DNA from: a bacterium
GTDB lineage: Bacteria > JAHJDO01
Direction of reading: 5' to 3'
Length of the DNA stretch: 64,000 nucleotides
NCBI GenBank assembly: GCA_043824255.1
Contig: JBDRTG010000040.1
Coordinates: forward strand, 1-64,000
Shown: piece after piece, positions 49,625 through 60,500 of the stretch
Numbering within the stretch: position 1 is the first letter of the stretch
Layout: each line of letters opens with the position of its first letter
Notes under the pieces: model-generated
The model's input: only the letters and a program-made list of their open reading frames with translations
The model's database searches: none
Told to the model about the DNA's origin: nothing
Translations under genes and position numbers: made by a program

Positions 49625-51055
49625 CTAATTCTTTTCTAATGATTCAAGGGAATCAATTCCCTGAGGCAGTGGAAGGATATATTTAACTTTTTGTATACTA
49701 CTATCTTTTCTTATTGTTCTACATACGCGCTGCTTTATAAGAACAGAATGTTCAATCCAATTATCTTTTTCTATTATTGATCCAAAGATATAACTGGTAC
49801 CTTTAATTAGGCAATTATCATTAATATGTGTAGGGAATTCGTCACTGCCTGTTATATTAACGCTGGATTCAATCCTGACATTTTTCCCAATAGTAGTGTT
49901 TCCTTTAATAATATCTCCCTGCAGAATTTGGGAATTCTCACCGATTTTTAGTGTTTGATCCGGATATGTTGAAATATTGACGTTTTTATCAATCCACGAG
50001 TTTTCTCCAAGCACAATATTGCCATCAAGCACAGTGTGCCTACCTATGGCAACCCCCTTGTTCAGCTTGACTCCACTTGAGATATAAACATCTTCTCCTA
50101 CTGAGATATCCAGTGGTCCATATTCTTCATCCTGTTTAATAATGTCTTTTATTACCTGTTCATGTATGAAAAATTTTTCTTTGTCCTGAATAGTTATTAT
50201 ATTCTTTAACTGCTCGTAGTACTTTTCTCTTAGAACGGATTCCATATATTTAAGAACAGTTTTGTTGTTGAAAGCAATGATTAAATCTTTGTTCTCTATT
50301 TTAAAACCATCTACAGAAAGCTCTAATCTGTTATAAATTTTTACCATATCAGTGAGATATATCTCTTTTTTTACATTATTGTTTTTTATCCTATTAATAT
50401 GCTTAATGAGCTTATTTACTCTGAAAGCATACATTCCTGAGTTAAATTCATTGTTCCGGAGAAGTTTCTTTTGTTCTTGGCTATTTGTAAGCTTAAGTAT
50501 ATCTTTATGTTCGATTAAATCTATTATTCTATGATTTTTGCTTAATATTCTGCCATAGTAATTTAACTCAGGAGGTCCTTTATAAATGCCAGTAGCAAGC
50601 ATCATATCTGAGTTCAGGGACTCAAAGTATTTGGCGAATCTTCTGATTGTGTCTTGGTCCATAAGACACATATCTCCAGGGAATATGAACGCACTGCCTT
50701 TAAACTTGTTTTCCAATGCATCAAGAGCGGTTTTTGCGGCATGGCCTGTTCCTTTTTGCTCTGGCTGATAAACAAAAACTGTGTTTTCGGTCTTACCTAT
50801 TGTATCAATTACTTCAACAGCCTTATGCCCAACAACAATGATCTGATTTTTGCATGCAAGACCTTGCTTGGCAGATTCTGCTATCCTTTTTACGGAAGGG
50901 ATTCCCCAGACTTTATGCAATACTTTCTGTGATTCCGTTTTAAGTCTTTTCCCATGACCAGCTGCAAGAATTATTGAAACAATGTTTTTTGAATAATCAA
51001 TTTTGTCCGAACATTCTGATATGTGTTTCTGGATTTCTTTATTGTTATTAACCAT
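49625..51055 (-). CDS. GlmU-like sugar-nucleotidyltransferase with left-handed beta-helix region
   Basis: IILAAGHGKRLK, QKGTGHA, GD, EFNSGMY, EIYLTD; hexapeptide repeats; atypical C-terminus. Confidence 0.8.
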   Translation of the reverse strand: MVNNNKEIQKHISECSDKIDYSKNIVSIILAAGHGKRLKTESQKVLHKVWGIPSVKRIAESAKQGLACKNQIIVVGHKAVEVIDTIGKTENTVFVYQPEQKGTGHAAKTALDALENKFKGSAFIFPGDMCLMDQDTIRRFAKYFESLNSDMMLATGIYKGPPELNYYGRILSKNHRIIDLIEHKDILKLTNSQEQKKLLRNNEFNSGMYAFRVNKLIKHINRIKNNNVKKEIYLTDMVKIYNRLELSVDGFKIENKDLIIAFNNKTVLKYMESVLREKYYEQLKNIITIQDKEKFFIHEQVIKDIIKQDEEYGPLDISVGEDVYISSGVKLNKGVAIGRHTVLDGNIVLGENSWIDKNVNISTYPDQTLKIGENSQILQGDIIKGNTTIGKNVRIESSVNITGSDEFPTHINDNCLIKGTSYIFGSIIEKDNWIEHSVLIKQRVCRTIRKDSSIQKVKYILPLPQGIDSLESLEKN

Positions 51056-51169
51056 AAACTTATTGCCAACTATATGTTTAACGGATTATAATATATATAG
51101 GTATTAGTGTCCAATGAAAATTACTTTGTCATTTATCCATTTCTGACTTATAATCAAAAAGGGTTGATT

Positions 51170-51907
51170 ATGAATATAAAACTAAAGGATGTCTCAAAAG
51201 TATTAAAAGAGAGAGGCGGAGTTAAGAAAGTTCTCCTAGATAAGGTCAATCTTGAAATTAATGAAGGAGAAATTGCATGTATTATGGGTCCTTCAGAATC
51301 TGGAAAAACGTACCTATTAAAAGTACTTGCTGGTTTAGAACCCTTTGATAGCGGAGACATATTTATTGATAACATTCACGTGGATCATCTTCCTAAAGAT
51401 AAATGGCCTATTTGCACAGTATATGAGGATTATTTTTCCTATAAAAAGTGGAGAAAATGTAAATTCTCACTCCCTTATTTTCTAGCCATTAGAAAATGGA
51501 GAAAAAATACAATACCTGAGAGGGTAAAAACTGTTGCAAATCTTATGTGTATTAATAAAATGAAACTATTAGATAAAATGCCGCATAAACTATCTAAAGG
51601 CGAGCAACAGAAGTTAGATATTGCAAGATATTTAATAACAAAACATCATGCCTATTTATTTGACAACCCTCTTGCTGCGCTTGATGCAGGGACAAAGATT
51701 GAAGTACAACAACAGTTAAGACAGATTATAAAAACTCTAAATGTTCCAAGTATGTATGTTAGTTACATGCTGAATGAAGCCAAGGCTCTGAGTGACAAGA
51801 TTATCATAATGAACAAAGGCAAAATCGAACAGATAGAGAAATACGCTGAAATCACCTCACATCCTGCCAATCAGTTTGTATCTGATTTTATTGGATGTCT
51901 TTCCTGA
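51170..51907 (+). CDS. MalK/PotA-like ABC ATPase with degenerate motifs
   Basis: GPSESGKT, LSKGEQQ, LFDNPLAALD, HPANQFVSDFIG; start moved from 51107 to the ATG of MNIKLKDVSK. Confidence 0.75.
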   Translation: MNIKLKDVSKVLKERGGVKKVLLDKVNLEINEGEIACIMGPSESGKTYLLKVLAGLEPFDSGDIFIDNIHVDHLPKDKWPICTVYEDYFSYKKWRKCKFSLPYFLAIRKWRKNTIPERVKTVANLMCINKMKLLDKMPHKLSKGEQQKLDIARYLITKHHAYLFDNPLAALDAGTKIEVQQQLRQIIKTLNVPSMYVSYMLNEAKALSDKIIIMNKGKIEQIEKYAEITSHPANQFVSDFIGCLS

Positions 51908-51914
51908 TTGATTT

Positions 51915-52613
51915 TCACAGAATTGCTTTTATTGCTCTATCAGCTTTATTTCTTAATTTGTTATCAGTTGAAGTCTTCAGGATTTCTGCAGCAACTCGAA
52001 CCAGTTCTCTTTTCGCTATTTGCACACTAGCAGAATCTGAGGAGTTGTATAATGATTCCCACAGCATCAGAGCAGTGCCTAGATCCCCTGCTCGGGCTTT
52101 TGCTAAAGCTTGCATTCTTTTTAAAAACATTGGACTGTCTTTTACTTCTGAGGCAAGAGCAAAGTACTTAGCGGATTTATAATAATCTTTCATATTATGC
52201 ATACTTACAACTCCTGCGAACATAGGTATACGCCAACCTATATTGGGATTGTGAGCAATAGCTTTATCAAATAGTATTAGGGATTTTGCAGGAGCCTTGT
52301 GTGATATTATCAATCCACCAAATGTATATGCTGTAGTAAACAAAGGATCCAGATCTGTTACTCTTTCAAACATTTGATAGATTATATCAGCTGATTCAAC
52401 ATCCATTTTTTCCACACCCGCCATATATTGTATTGCTTTAATCCATAATACGTCTGAAGCAATATTATCAAAACCCAATGCAGGTCGCTGAATAAACCTA
52501 TCCGCTAACCCAGCATCTTCTTTTATGTCATTTAGAATATTTCCCAGCGGCATTAACCCAACAAACAACATAATCGCTACAATTATCTGAATTGAGGCTT
52601 TTGAAGATTTCAT
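51915..52613 (-). CDS. PilG-like (Myxococcus-type) membrane-anchored helical protein
   Basis: LGFDNIASDVLWIKAIQY, VTDLDPLFTTAYTFGG; follows ABC ATPase and permease. Confidence 0.55.
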   Translation of the reverse strand: MKSSKASIQIIVAIMLFVGLMPLGNILNDIKEDAGLADRFIQRPALGFDNIASDVLWIKAIQYMAGVEKMDVESADIIYQMFERVTDLDPLFTTAYTFGGLIISHKAPAKSLILFDKAIAHNPNIGWRIPMFAGVVSMHNMKDYYKSAKYFALASEVKDSPMFLKRMQALAKARAGDLGTALMLWESLYNSSDSASVQIAKRELVRVAAEILKTSTDNKLRNKADRAIKAIL

Positions 52614-52637
52614 AATTATTTCTCCTTGTTTTTTTGT

Positions 52638-53405
52638 TTATGCAAAATCTTTATTCTTAAATATTGCAAGTGAAACCAGCAACATTATCGCAGTATATAT
52701 AGCCCCATACAGAATAACACCAAAGATCAATCCCCATGGAACATAAATTCCATGAACGACCGGAGCCTTTACATTGAAGTACTGAAAGTTCGGTAATGCA
52801 TAATAGAGAAGTAGGCCTGCGAACTTAGTTACCACATTACCTGCCTTTTCCACTAGAAATGGTATCTGATATGACAGATGCCCAGCTATATAAACCACTA
52901 TAGCTAATATGGAACTTACCATGGACGAACAAAAAGTAGAAAAAAGCACAGACACTGCTACCAGAATTATGGCTTCAAAACAGACAAGTATTAATGGCTT
53001 AAACATAACTAAATTTAAAGCGTGAGTTTTTATAGCCAGGATTATTATAAACCCTACAGCCATTATAGCTATTGAAAGTAATGCAACGTATACTGCTCCC
53101 ATGAATTGTCCAAGAACAAATTCATGCTTCCTTACAGGTTTTGATATTAATGTTTGAATCGTTCTTGATTCTATCTCCGTTGGAATAGCTGTAGAACCCA
53201 CCATAATTGATATTAGCATTGCTGCTACAGCAATGCCTGCCAAGCCAATATCTTTCATAAGCCTTGTCTCTTCACCTGCTGTAACTGCACTATACAATGT
53301 AGAATATGCTATAGCAAACAAACAAAAAACAACTATTACATAGAGAATTCTACTTTTTATCACCCTTTGATATACACCTTGCGCAATCGTTAAGATAATG
53401 TTCAC
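52638..53405 (-). CDS. ABC-2 type permease, PilI-like
   Basis: EIESRTIQTLISKPVRKHEFVLGQF, LPNFQYFN, FKNKDF. Confidence 0.85.
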   Translation of the reverse strand: MNIILTIAQGVYQRVIKSRILYVIVVFCLFAIAYSTLYSAVTAGEETRLMKDIGLAGIAVAAMLISIMVGSTAIPTEIESRTIQTLISKPVRKHEFVLGQFMGAVYVALLSIAIMAVGFIIILAIKTHALNLVMFKPLILVCFEAIILVAVSVLFSTFCSSMVSSILAIVVYIAGHLSYQIPFLVEKAGNVVTKFAGLLLYYALPNFQYFNVKAPVVHGIYVPWGLIFGVILYGAIYTAIMLLVSLAIFKNKDFA

Positions 53406-54328
53406 GCTTTCTCTCCTCCCTTTTTTTCTATTGATTTCAAAAAATACTCTTCTAATGATTCTTTGTGCGGCATTACAGAGATTCTTTTCCCATTATTAGC
53501 TTCCATTATACCCTCAATCTCCGAAACTTGCCTTTTGTCATTAACAGTCACAGTCACTATATCTCCATCAATTCTAAACCCGTCTACTTTTCCTTTTACC
53601 ATATCAAGCCCTTTTTTGTCAAGCTGTTCTACAGATATTTCTATTTCTTTTGCTTTGAGCAAATCTTTTAGTCTGCCAGAGACAATAAGTTGCCCCTTAT
53701 CCAGAACTCCTATACTGTCACAGAGCATTTCTACATCATGCAGAACATGGGAACAAAAAAAGACTGTTCTACCCTGCTTCTTTATATTAAGTATTGTATC
53801 CATCACCTCCTTTCTACCCACTGGGTCTAATCCCGCGATTGGCTCATCAAAAAAAACTAAATCCGGATCATTAATCAATGTCTGAGCAATACCAATACGT
53901 TGAAGCATGCCTCTGGAAAACTTTCTTAAAGGAATTTTTCGACTATCTGTTAATCCAGCCATGTCTAACAACTCCTCGATTTTCTTGTATCGTTCTTTTC
54001 TTGGGATTTTAAATATCTTGCCATAAAAATTTAATAATTCAACAGACGAAAACGATTCATAAAAATAGGGGCTCTGTGGAAGAAATCCTATTTTTTGCTT
54101 TATTTTTATATCCCCAATTTGTTTTTCTAAAATCCAGGCTGTGCCGGATGTAGGTGCAGTAAGACCCAGTAATACATTAATAGCTGTTGTTTTACCTGCT
54201 CCGTTTGGTCCTAAAAATCCATATATTTGATTAGGAGAGACTTGAAGATTCAAATCTTCAAGAGCCTTTGTTTCTTTCCTGCTGCCCTTATAAATTTTGG
54301 TAAGATGTTCTGTCTTTATAGCTAACAT
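53402..54328 (-). CDS. ABC-2 type ATPase, PilH-like
   Basis: GFLGPNGAGKTT, FSRGMLQRIGIAQ, DEPIAGLDPVGR, SHVLHDVE. Confidence 0.9.
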   Translation of the reverse strand: MLAIKTEHLTKIYKGSRKETKALEDLNLQVSPNQIYGFLGPNGAGKTTAINVLLGLTAPTSGTAWILEKQIGDIKIKQKIGFLPQSPYFYESFSSVELLNFYGKIFKIPRKERYKKIEELLDMAGLTDSRKIPLRKFSRGMLQRIGIAQTLINDPDLVFFDEPIAGLDPVGRKEVMDTILNIKKQGRTVFFCSHVLHDVEMLCDSIGVLDKGQLIVSGRLKDLLKAKEIEISVEQLDKKGLDMVKGKVDGFRIDGDIVTVTVNDKRQVSEIEGIMEANNGKRISVMPHKESLEEYFLKSIEKKGGEKA

Positions 54329-54358
54329 TATCCAGTAAGACTTATTTACACTTTCTCG

Positions 54359-54387
54359 ATGCTACTAATAAATCTTTCTAAAAGCAA
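54359..54387 (-). promoter_or_regulatory. Putative sigma70 promoter upstream of the pilH-like gene
   Basis: Minus strand TTGCTT-17 nt-TAGCAT. Confidence 0.5.
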
Positions 54388-54398
54388 GTGATTTTATT

Positions 54399-55319
54399 TC
54401 AAGGTGTTACCTTCAACATTCTATCTACTGCTCTCTTGGCTCTAATTTGAATATCTTCAGGGACTTTGACCTCATAACGCATATCTTCTAAGCACCATAA
54501 TGCTTTTTCCAAGGTGGTCAGTTTCATATTTGGGCATATGGCTTGGGCTGAAAGGGGGTAGAATTTTTTCCCAGGGTTTTCCTTGCGTAATCTATAGAGC
54601 AGTCCTACCTCAGTGCCTACAATTATTTCAGAGGCGTCAGACAGTTTTGCGTACGCACACATTCCACTGGTAGAGAGAGCTTCATCAGCAAGTTTAATTA
54701 CCTGTGGCGTGCACTCAGGATGAACAATAACTTTCGCTTCGGGATGGGTTTTTCTTTGTCTCGCAATATCCTCCGGTAAGATTTTGGCGTGAACAGGACA
54801 ATAACCGTTCCAAAAAATAAGCCTGCGATTAACTTTGGTAGATACATAATGCCCCAAATATTTATCAGGAACAAAGATAATCTCTACTACATCCTTTAAC
54901 GACTCTATTACCTTAGCAGCATTTCCAGAAGTGCAGCAGATGTCAATCTCTGCCTTAACATCAGCAGAAGTATTAACGTAACCTACTACTGTTGCTTTTG
55001 GATGTTCTTTTTTAAAAGCTTTTAGCTCGTCTCTGGTAATCATATCAGCCATAGGACACCCCGCGTTTACATCAGGCATAAGAACTATCTTGTCCGGGCA
55101 AAGGATGGATGCTGTCTCAGCCATAAAGCGGACTCCGCAGAAAACAATTACATCAGCATTGGTCTTACTGGCAGCTCGGCTTAATCCTAAAGAATCACCA
55201 ATGTAGTCAGCAATATCCTGCACTTCACCTATTTGGTAATTATGGACAAGGATTACAGCATGCCTTTTCTTTTTTAATTCTAAAATCTTTTCTGTAATTT
55301 TTAGTTTTGCATTTTGCAT
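54399..55319 (-). CDS. nadA: Quinolinate synthase
   Basis: HNYQ, GDSLGL, FCGVRFMAETA, AGCPMA, YVNTSA, CPVH, HPEC, CPNMK. Confidence 0.97.
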   Translation of the reverse strand: MQNAKLKITEKILELKKKRHAVILVHNYQIGEVQDIADYIGDSLGLSRAASKTNADVIVFCGVRFMAETASILCPDKIVLMPDVNAGCPMADMITRDELKAFKKEHPKATVVGYVNTSADVKAEIDICCTSGNAAKVIESLKDVVEIIFVPDKYLGHYVSTKVNRRLIFWNGYCPVHAKILPEDIARQRKTHPEAKVIVHPECTPQVIKLADEALSTSGMCAYAKLSDASEIIVGTEVGLLYRLRKENPGKKFYPLSAQAICPNMKLTTLEKALWCLEDMRYEVKVPEDIQIRAKRAVDRMLKVTP

Positions 55320-56380
55320 TTTGATTTTTCTATTGTTCCTCCTCCGATAACTTCTTCCCCGTTGTAAAATACTACTGCCTGACCTGGTGTAACTGCTCGC
55401 TGTGGAGAATCAAACTTCACCTTCACCTTACCTTCTTTTAATGGAATGATCGTTGCCTGTGAGGGCTGATGCAGATATCTTATTTTTGCTTCCACTTTAA
55501 TAGGGGTTTCTAATTTTTCTATATTTATAAAATTTATATTATCGGCAATTAATTCATTTGTATAGAGTTCTTCTTCCTTGCCTGCCCTAATGGTATTGTT
55601 CTTCTTGTCAATAGCAATTACGTATAAAGGATTCTTATCCGCTATCCCCATTCCTTTGCGTTGGCCAATGGTATAAAAAATGATTCCTTTGTGCTCTCCG
55701 ATAACTTTCCCTTCTTTATTTACAATAGGACCGGGTTTTATCTCTTCAGGAACACATTCCTTAACGAACTCTCCATAGTTATTATCAGGGATAAAACATA
55801 TTTCCTGAGATTCCGGGCTATTTACCACATGTAAATTTCTCTCTTCAGCAATCTTCCTTACTCGCTCTTTGGTAAGATCTCCAAGAGGCATCAAAGTGTA
55901 TTTCAACTGTTCCTGAGTCATTGTATATAACACATAGGACTGATCCTTTTTAGTATCAATCCCTTTTTTAAGGACATATCTGTTCTCTGTCCTCTGTATC
56001 CTTGCGTAGTGACCTGTAGCGATATAATTTGCGCTTAACTCTTTTGCTTTTTTAGCTAAAGCGTCAAACTTTATGTATTTATTGCATCTAATACAGGGAT
56101 TAGGAGTACGACCCTCTTTGTATTCTTCACAGAAATTAGTGATTACTTTCTCTTGAAAAATATCCCTGAAATCCAACACATAATGAGGTATTCCTAATCT
56201 ATTAGCTACCCTCTTTGCATCCTCTACGCCCGCTGCGCCGCAACAGCTATCCCAATCTTTGGAACGCTCCCAGATATGCATAGTGATGCCTATAATTTCA
56301 AATCCCTTATCTTTAAGCAAAGCGGCAGTAACAGATGAATCCACTCCACCGCTCATTGCTACAACTACTCTTTTCTTCAT
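55301..56380 (-). CDS. mnmA: tRNA 2-thiouridylase
   Basis: AMSGGVDSS, TPNPCIRCN, ATGHYA, KDQSY, SQEICF; start set at MKKRVVV (ORF track gives 56398). Confidence 0.97.
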   Translation of the reverse strand: MKKRVVVAMSGGVDSSVTAALLKDKGFEIIGITMHIWERSKDWDSCCGAAGVEDAKRVANRLGIPHYVLDFRDIFQEKVITNFCEEYKEGRTPNPCIRCNKYIKFDALAKKAKELSANYIATGHYARIQRTENRYVLKKGIDTKKDQSYVLYTMTQEQLKYTLMPLGDLTKERVRKIAEERNLHVVNSPESQEICFIPDNNYGEFVKECVPEEIKPGPIVNKEGKVIGEHKGIIFYTIGQRKGMGIADKNPLYVIAIDKKNNTIRAGKEEELYTNELIADNINFINIEKLETPIKVEAKIRYLHQPSQATIIPLKEGKVKVKFDSPQRAVTPGQAVVFYNGEEVIGGGTIEKSKCKMQN

Positions 56381-56382
56381 CT

Positions 56383-57546
56383 TTATCCATTCTTCCACAA
56401 TGGCGACATAGAACGAAGTCTATCTACAATTCTCGGTAAGACCTCTAAAAGAAAATCAATATCTTCTTCCTTTGTATATCTGCCCAGGGTAAACCTCAAA
56501 GAGCCATGTGCTAATTCATGTGATAACCCGAGTGCCAGTAAAACATGCGATGCTTCAAGGCTTGAAGATGTACAGGCAGAACCTGTAGAAGCAGCAATCC
56601 TTTCCATATCCAGATTAAGCAGTAAAGATTCTCCTTCTACATATTCTATAGAGACATTTACATTGTTAGGAAGTCTTTTTGTGGGGTGCCCGTTTAATCT
56701 GCTATGCCCTATATTATCAAGGATTCCTTTGATGAGCCTATCTCTCAATGAAATCAATCTCTTCATTTCTGCGTCCATTTCTTCTTTGACCAACTCGACT
56801 GCCTTGCCAAGTCCCACAATGCCCGAGACATTATGAGTAGATGCACGACGGTTCCTTTCATGGTCACCTCCATGCATAAATGGAACAATTCTCGTGCCCT
56901 TTCTCACATAGAGCGCACCCACTCCCTTAGGTCCGTATAGCTTATGACCTGATATACTGAGTAGGTCTACATTAAGTTCATCAACATTTATGGGTAGATG
57001 TCCAAAAGTCTGAACTGTGTCCGTATGAAAAGGAATTCCCTTTTCTTTGGCAATTCTTCCAATTTCCTGGATAGGCTGGATTACTCCTATCTCGTTATTG
57101 GCATGCATAATAGAGATAAGAATAGTCTTATCAGTAATCGCCTTTTTCACATCTTCCGGATCCAGCAGTCCATCTTCGTTTACAGGAAGATAGGTTACTT
57201 TAAAACCCATCTTCTCCAGAAATTTACAGGAGTTAATTACTGCATGATGTTCAATAGATGATGTAATAATATGATTTCCTTTATTCTGGTTGGAATAGGC
57301 TACGCCTTTTATAGCAAAGTTATCACTTTCTGTACCTCCGCTGGTAAAAATTATTTCTTCTTGCTTTGCGCCCAAAAAAGAGGATACTTTTTCTCGTGAC
57401 TCCTCCATTGCAGCTTTGGCTTCCTGTCCAAAAGAGTGGATACTTGAAGGGTTGCCAAATCTATCGGTAAAATATGGTAACATTGCCTTTACTACTTCCG
57501 GGTCCGTAGGCGTAGTAGCCGCATAATCGAGGTATATTTTTTTCAT
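56383..57546 (-). CDS. iscS: Cysteine desulfurase (NifS/IscS group I)
   Basis: YLDYAATTP, FTSGGTE, SGHKLYGPKG, STGSACTS. Confidence 0.95.
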   Translation of the reverse strand: MKKIYLDYAATTPTDPEVVKAMLPYFTDRFGNPSSIHSFGQEAKAAMEESREKVSSFLGAKQEEIIFTSGGTESDNFAIKGVAYSNQNKGNHIITSSIEHHAVINSCKFLEKMGFKVTYLPVNEDGLLDPEDVKKAITDKTILISIMHANNEIGVIQPIQEIGRIAKEKGIPFHTDTVQTFGHLPINVDELNVDLLSISGHKLYGPKGVGALYVRKGTRIVPFMHGGDHERNRRASTHNVSGIVGLGKAVELVKEEMDAEMKRLISLRDRLIKGILDNIGHSRLNGHPTKRLPNNVNVSIEYVEGESLLLNLDMERIAASTGSACTSSSLEASHVLLALGLSHELAHGSLRFTLGRYTKEEDIDFLLEVLPRIVDRLRSMSPLWKNG

Positions 57547-57560
57547 TCTTCATCATCTCC

Positions 57561-60500
57561 TTAATATTTTTTTAACTGTCTTTCTTTTATCCAACAATAC
57601 AATACTGGGACTAAGATCAAATTAGACAATGTTGCGGTTATAAGTCCACCCACTGTTGGTGAAGCCATTGGTTTCATAATCTCAGAACCAGTCCCTGTAG
57701 AAAGCATTATCGGCATTAGAGCTAAAATTGTCGTCACAGTAGTCATCATCGCTGGCCTTACCCTTAATAATCCACCAGCGATCACAGTTTGACGAATATC
57801 TTCTATGGTTTTAGGAACCTTCTTTTTAAATAAATCATCTAAGGTGGAAAGTAGTACTACTGCGTTATCCGTGGCCACACCAAATAAGGCAATAAATCCT
57901 ACCCACACCGCAGTAGAAAATTTAAACCCTAGCAGAAATAATAAAATAATACCGCCCATAAGCGATACAGGAATACCTGTTGAGAGAATAAATAAAGCAC
58001 CAAAGTTTTTGAATGCCATATATAGGAGAAGCATTATTATGCTTAAAGCTATAATCAGTGAAGGAATAAGTCTCTTTCTTGACTCCATCTCTGATTCAAA
58101 CTGTCCAGACCAAGAAATAAAGTATTGGGATGGGAGTTTTAACTCACCGCTGGTTATCTTTTCTTTAACCGCAGCTTGAGCATTATGAACAAAATCAATT
58201 AAACCTACCTTCTCTTGATTCACATTCACAAATACGCGGGCATAAGTTAAGGTGTTCTCTGAATTAACCACTGCCGGCCCTAACACCTTCTTTAATTTCG
58301 CAAGTTGTGCTAAAGGAATATGCTCGCCATTAGGTGTGGAAACAAAAATTCTATTTAAAGCTTCGGGACTATCGCGCAATTCTCTTAAATACCTAATCCT
58401 CACAGGATAACGCTCTCTACCTTCAACCGTAGTAGTTAAATTCATTCCGCCAATCGCTGTCATAATGATATGCTGTATATCTCCAACCTTTACGCCATAT
58501 CGGGCTGCTTGTTCTCTATCTATATCAATTTCAAAGTATGGCCTATTGGATATGCGTTCAGCATATGGACTTACTGCACCCTCAACTTTGGCCACTATCT
58601 TTTCTATTTGAGTAGCGATTTCAACAATTTTGTTTAAATCCGAACCAAACACCTTGATTCCGACTGGCGTTTGAATTCCAGTAGCTAACATATCAATTCG
58701 GTTTCTAATAGGCTGAGTCATTATGGGGCTAACCCCCGGCATCCGGGTTTTCTCTTGAATTTCCGAAATTAACTTTTCCCGCATCATACCCTTTCGCCAG
58801 AATTTTTTATCTTTAAGATGAATCATGGTTTCAATCATCACTACCGGTGCAGGATCAGTAGAGGTCTCGGCACGCCCCAACTTTCCCACTACCCATTCTA
58901 CTTCAGGAAGCTTTTTAATAATAATATCCTGTTTCCTCATTACCTCCATAACCTGAGTTAAAGATGCCCCGGGAAGGAGTACCGGCATAAACAATAAATC
59001 CCCCTCATTTAATGGAGGCATAAACTCCTGTTTCATTAAAGACGCACATAATAGGCCTACAATTATAACTGCAAGAGAAATCAGGATTACAATCTTTTTA
59101 TGCTTCAGGGACCAGCCAATAATAGGATTATATCCTTTGTGCAAAATTCGTGTGGTTTTATTCTCGGAAGCATCTCGTAATCTACCCCTTAATAGATAAT
59201 AGCAAAGTGTTGGTAGGAGTGTAAGAGCAATTACAGCTGCACCTACCATAGCAAATGTCTTTGTAAAGGCGAGCGGTCTGAAAAGTTTTCCGGCTTGACC
59301 GGTTAAGACAAAAACTGGCATAAAGCCTACAACAGTTGTAAGCAAAGCAAAAAAAACAGGTTTGCCTACCTCTTGAGCGCCTTCTATACAGGTGTTTAAT
59401 CTTTCTTCTGATGTAAGTCGTGAAACTCCTGTTTCTTTTTGTCTTGTAGCTAACTTCCTATAAATATTCTCAACCAATACACAGCCAGAGTCCACCATAA
59501 CGCCAATGGCTATGGCAATACCACCTAAAGACATTATGTTAGCATCTACGCCAAATTGACGCATAAAGATAAAGGCAATCAATACGCCAATCGGCAATAC
59601 GATAGATATAACGACACTGCCCCAGAAATGCAATAAAAATACAATAATGACGAATACTGTAATAATGATTTCTTGAGTTAAGGCACTTTTAAGTGTTCCA
59701 ATGGCGCGCAAAATTAAGCTGGTACGGTCATAAAAAGGAACTATTTTTACACCTTTTGGTAAGCCTACGGATAACTCTTCTATTTTTTCCTTAATACGTT
59801 CAATTACTTTTAAAGGATTCTCCCCATAACGCATTAAGATTACACCTCCGGTAACTTCTTTACCTGCCTTATCTAATGCCCCACGTCGAAAATCCGGACC
59901 AATAGTCACAGTAGAAAGATTCTTTACATAAATAGGAGTACCGGCTTTAACGGCTACAACAATATTTTCGATGTCAGAAACACTTTTTATAAATCCCAAC
60001 CCCCGGACTATAAACTCTACTCCGCCTTCTTCAAAAACCTTGGCGCCAACATCAATATTAGATTTCTGAACGGCGCTTATAACCTCATGAATTTTAATAT
60101 TATGAGCAAGGAGTTTGTTGGGATCTATATCTATTTGATATTGCTTCACATACCCGCCGACTGAAGCAACTTCTGAGACTCCTTCAACAGCATTTAATTG
60201 ATAGCGGATATACCAGTCATGGATAGAACGAAGCTTGACCAAATCATAACCATCCCCCTCAACTGTATACCAGAAAATCTGGCCTAGGGCTGTTGCATCC
60301 GGGCCCAAGGTAATAGAGACATCTTTGGGGACATCCTTCTTTGCAAAATCTAACCTCTCCAAAACTCTTGTCCTTGCCCAATAAAAGTCTGTCCCTTCTT
60401 TAAAAATCATATTTACCAGGCCGAAGCCGAAGGCGCTTGTTGAACGCACCACCTTTACTTCAGGAGTACCCATAAGTCCAGTAGTCAAAGGATATATTAC

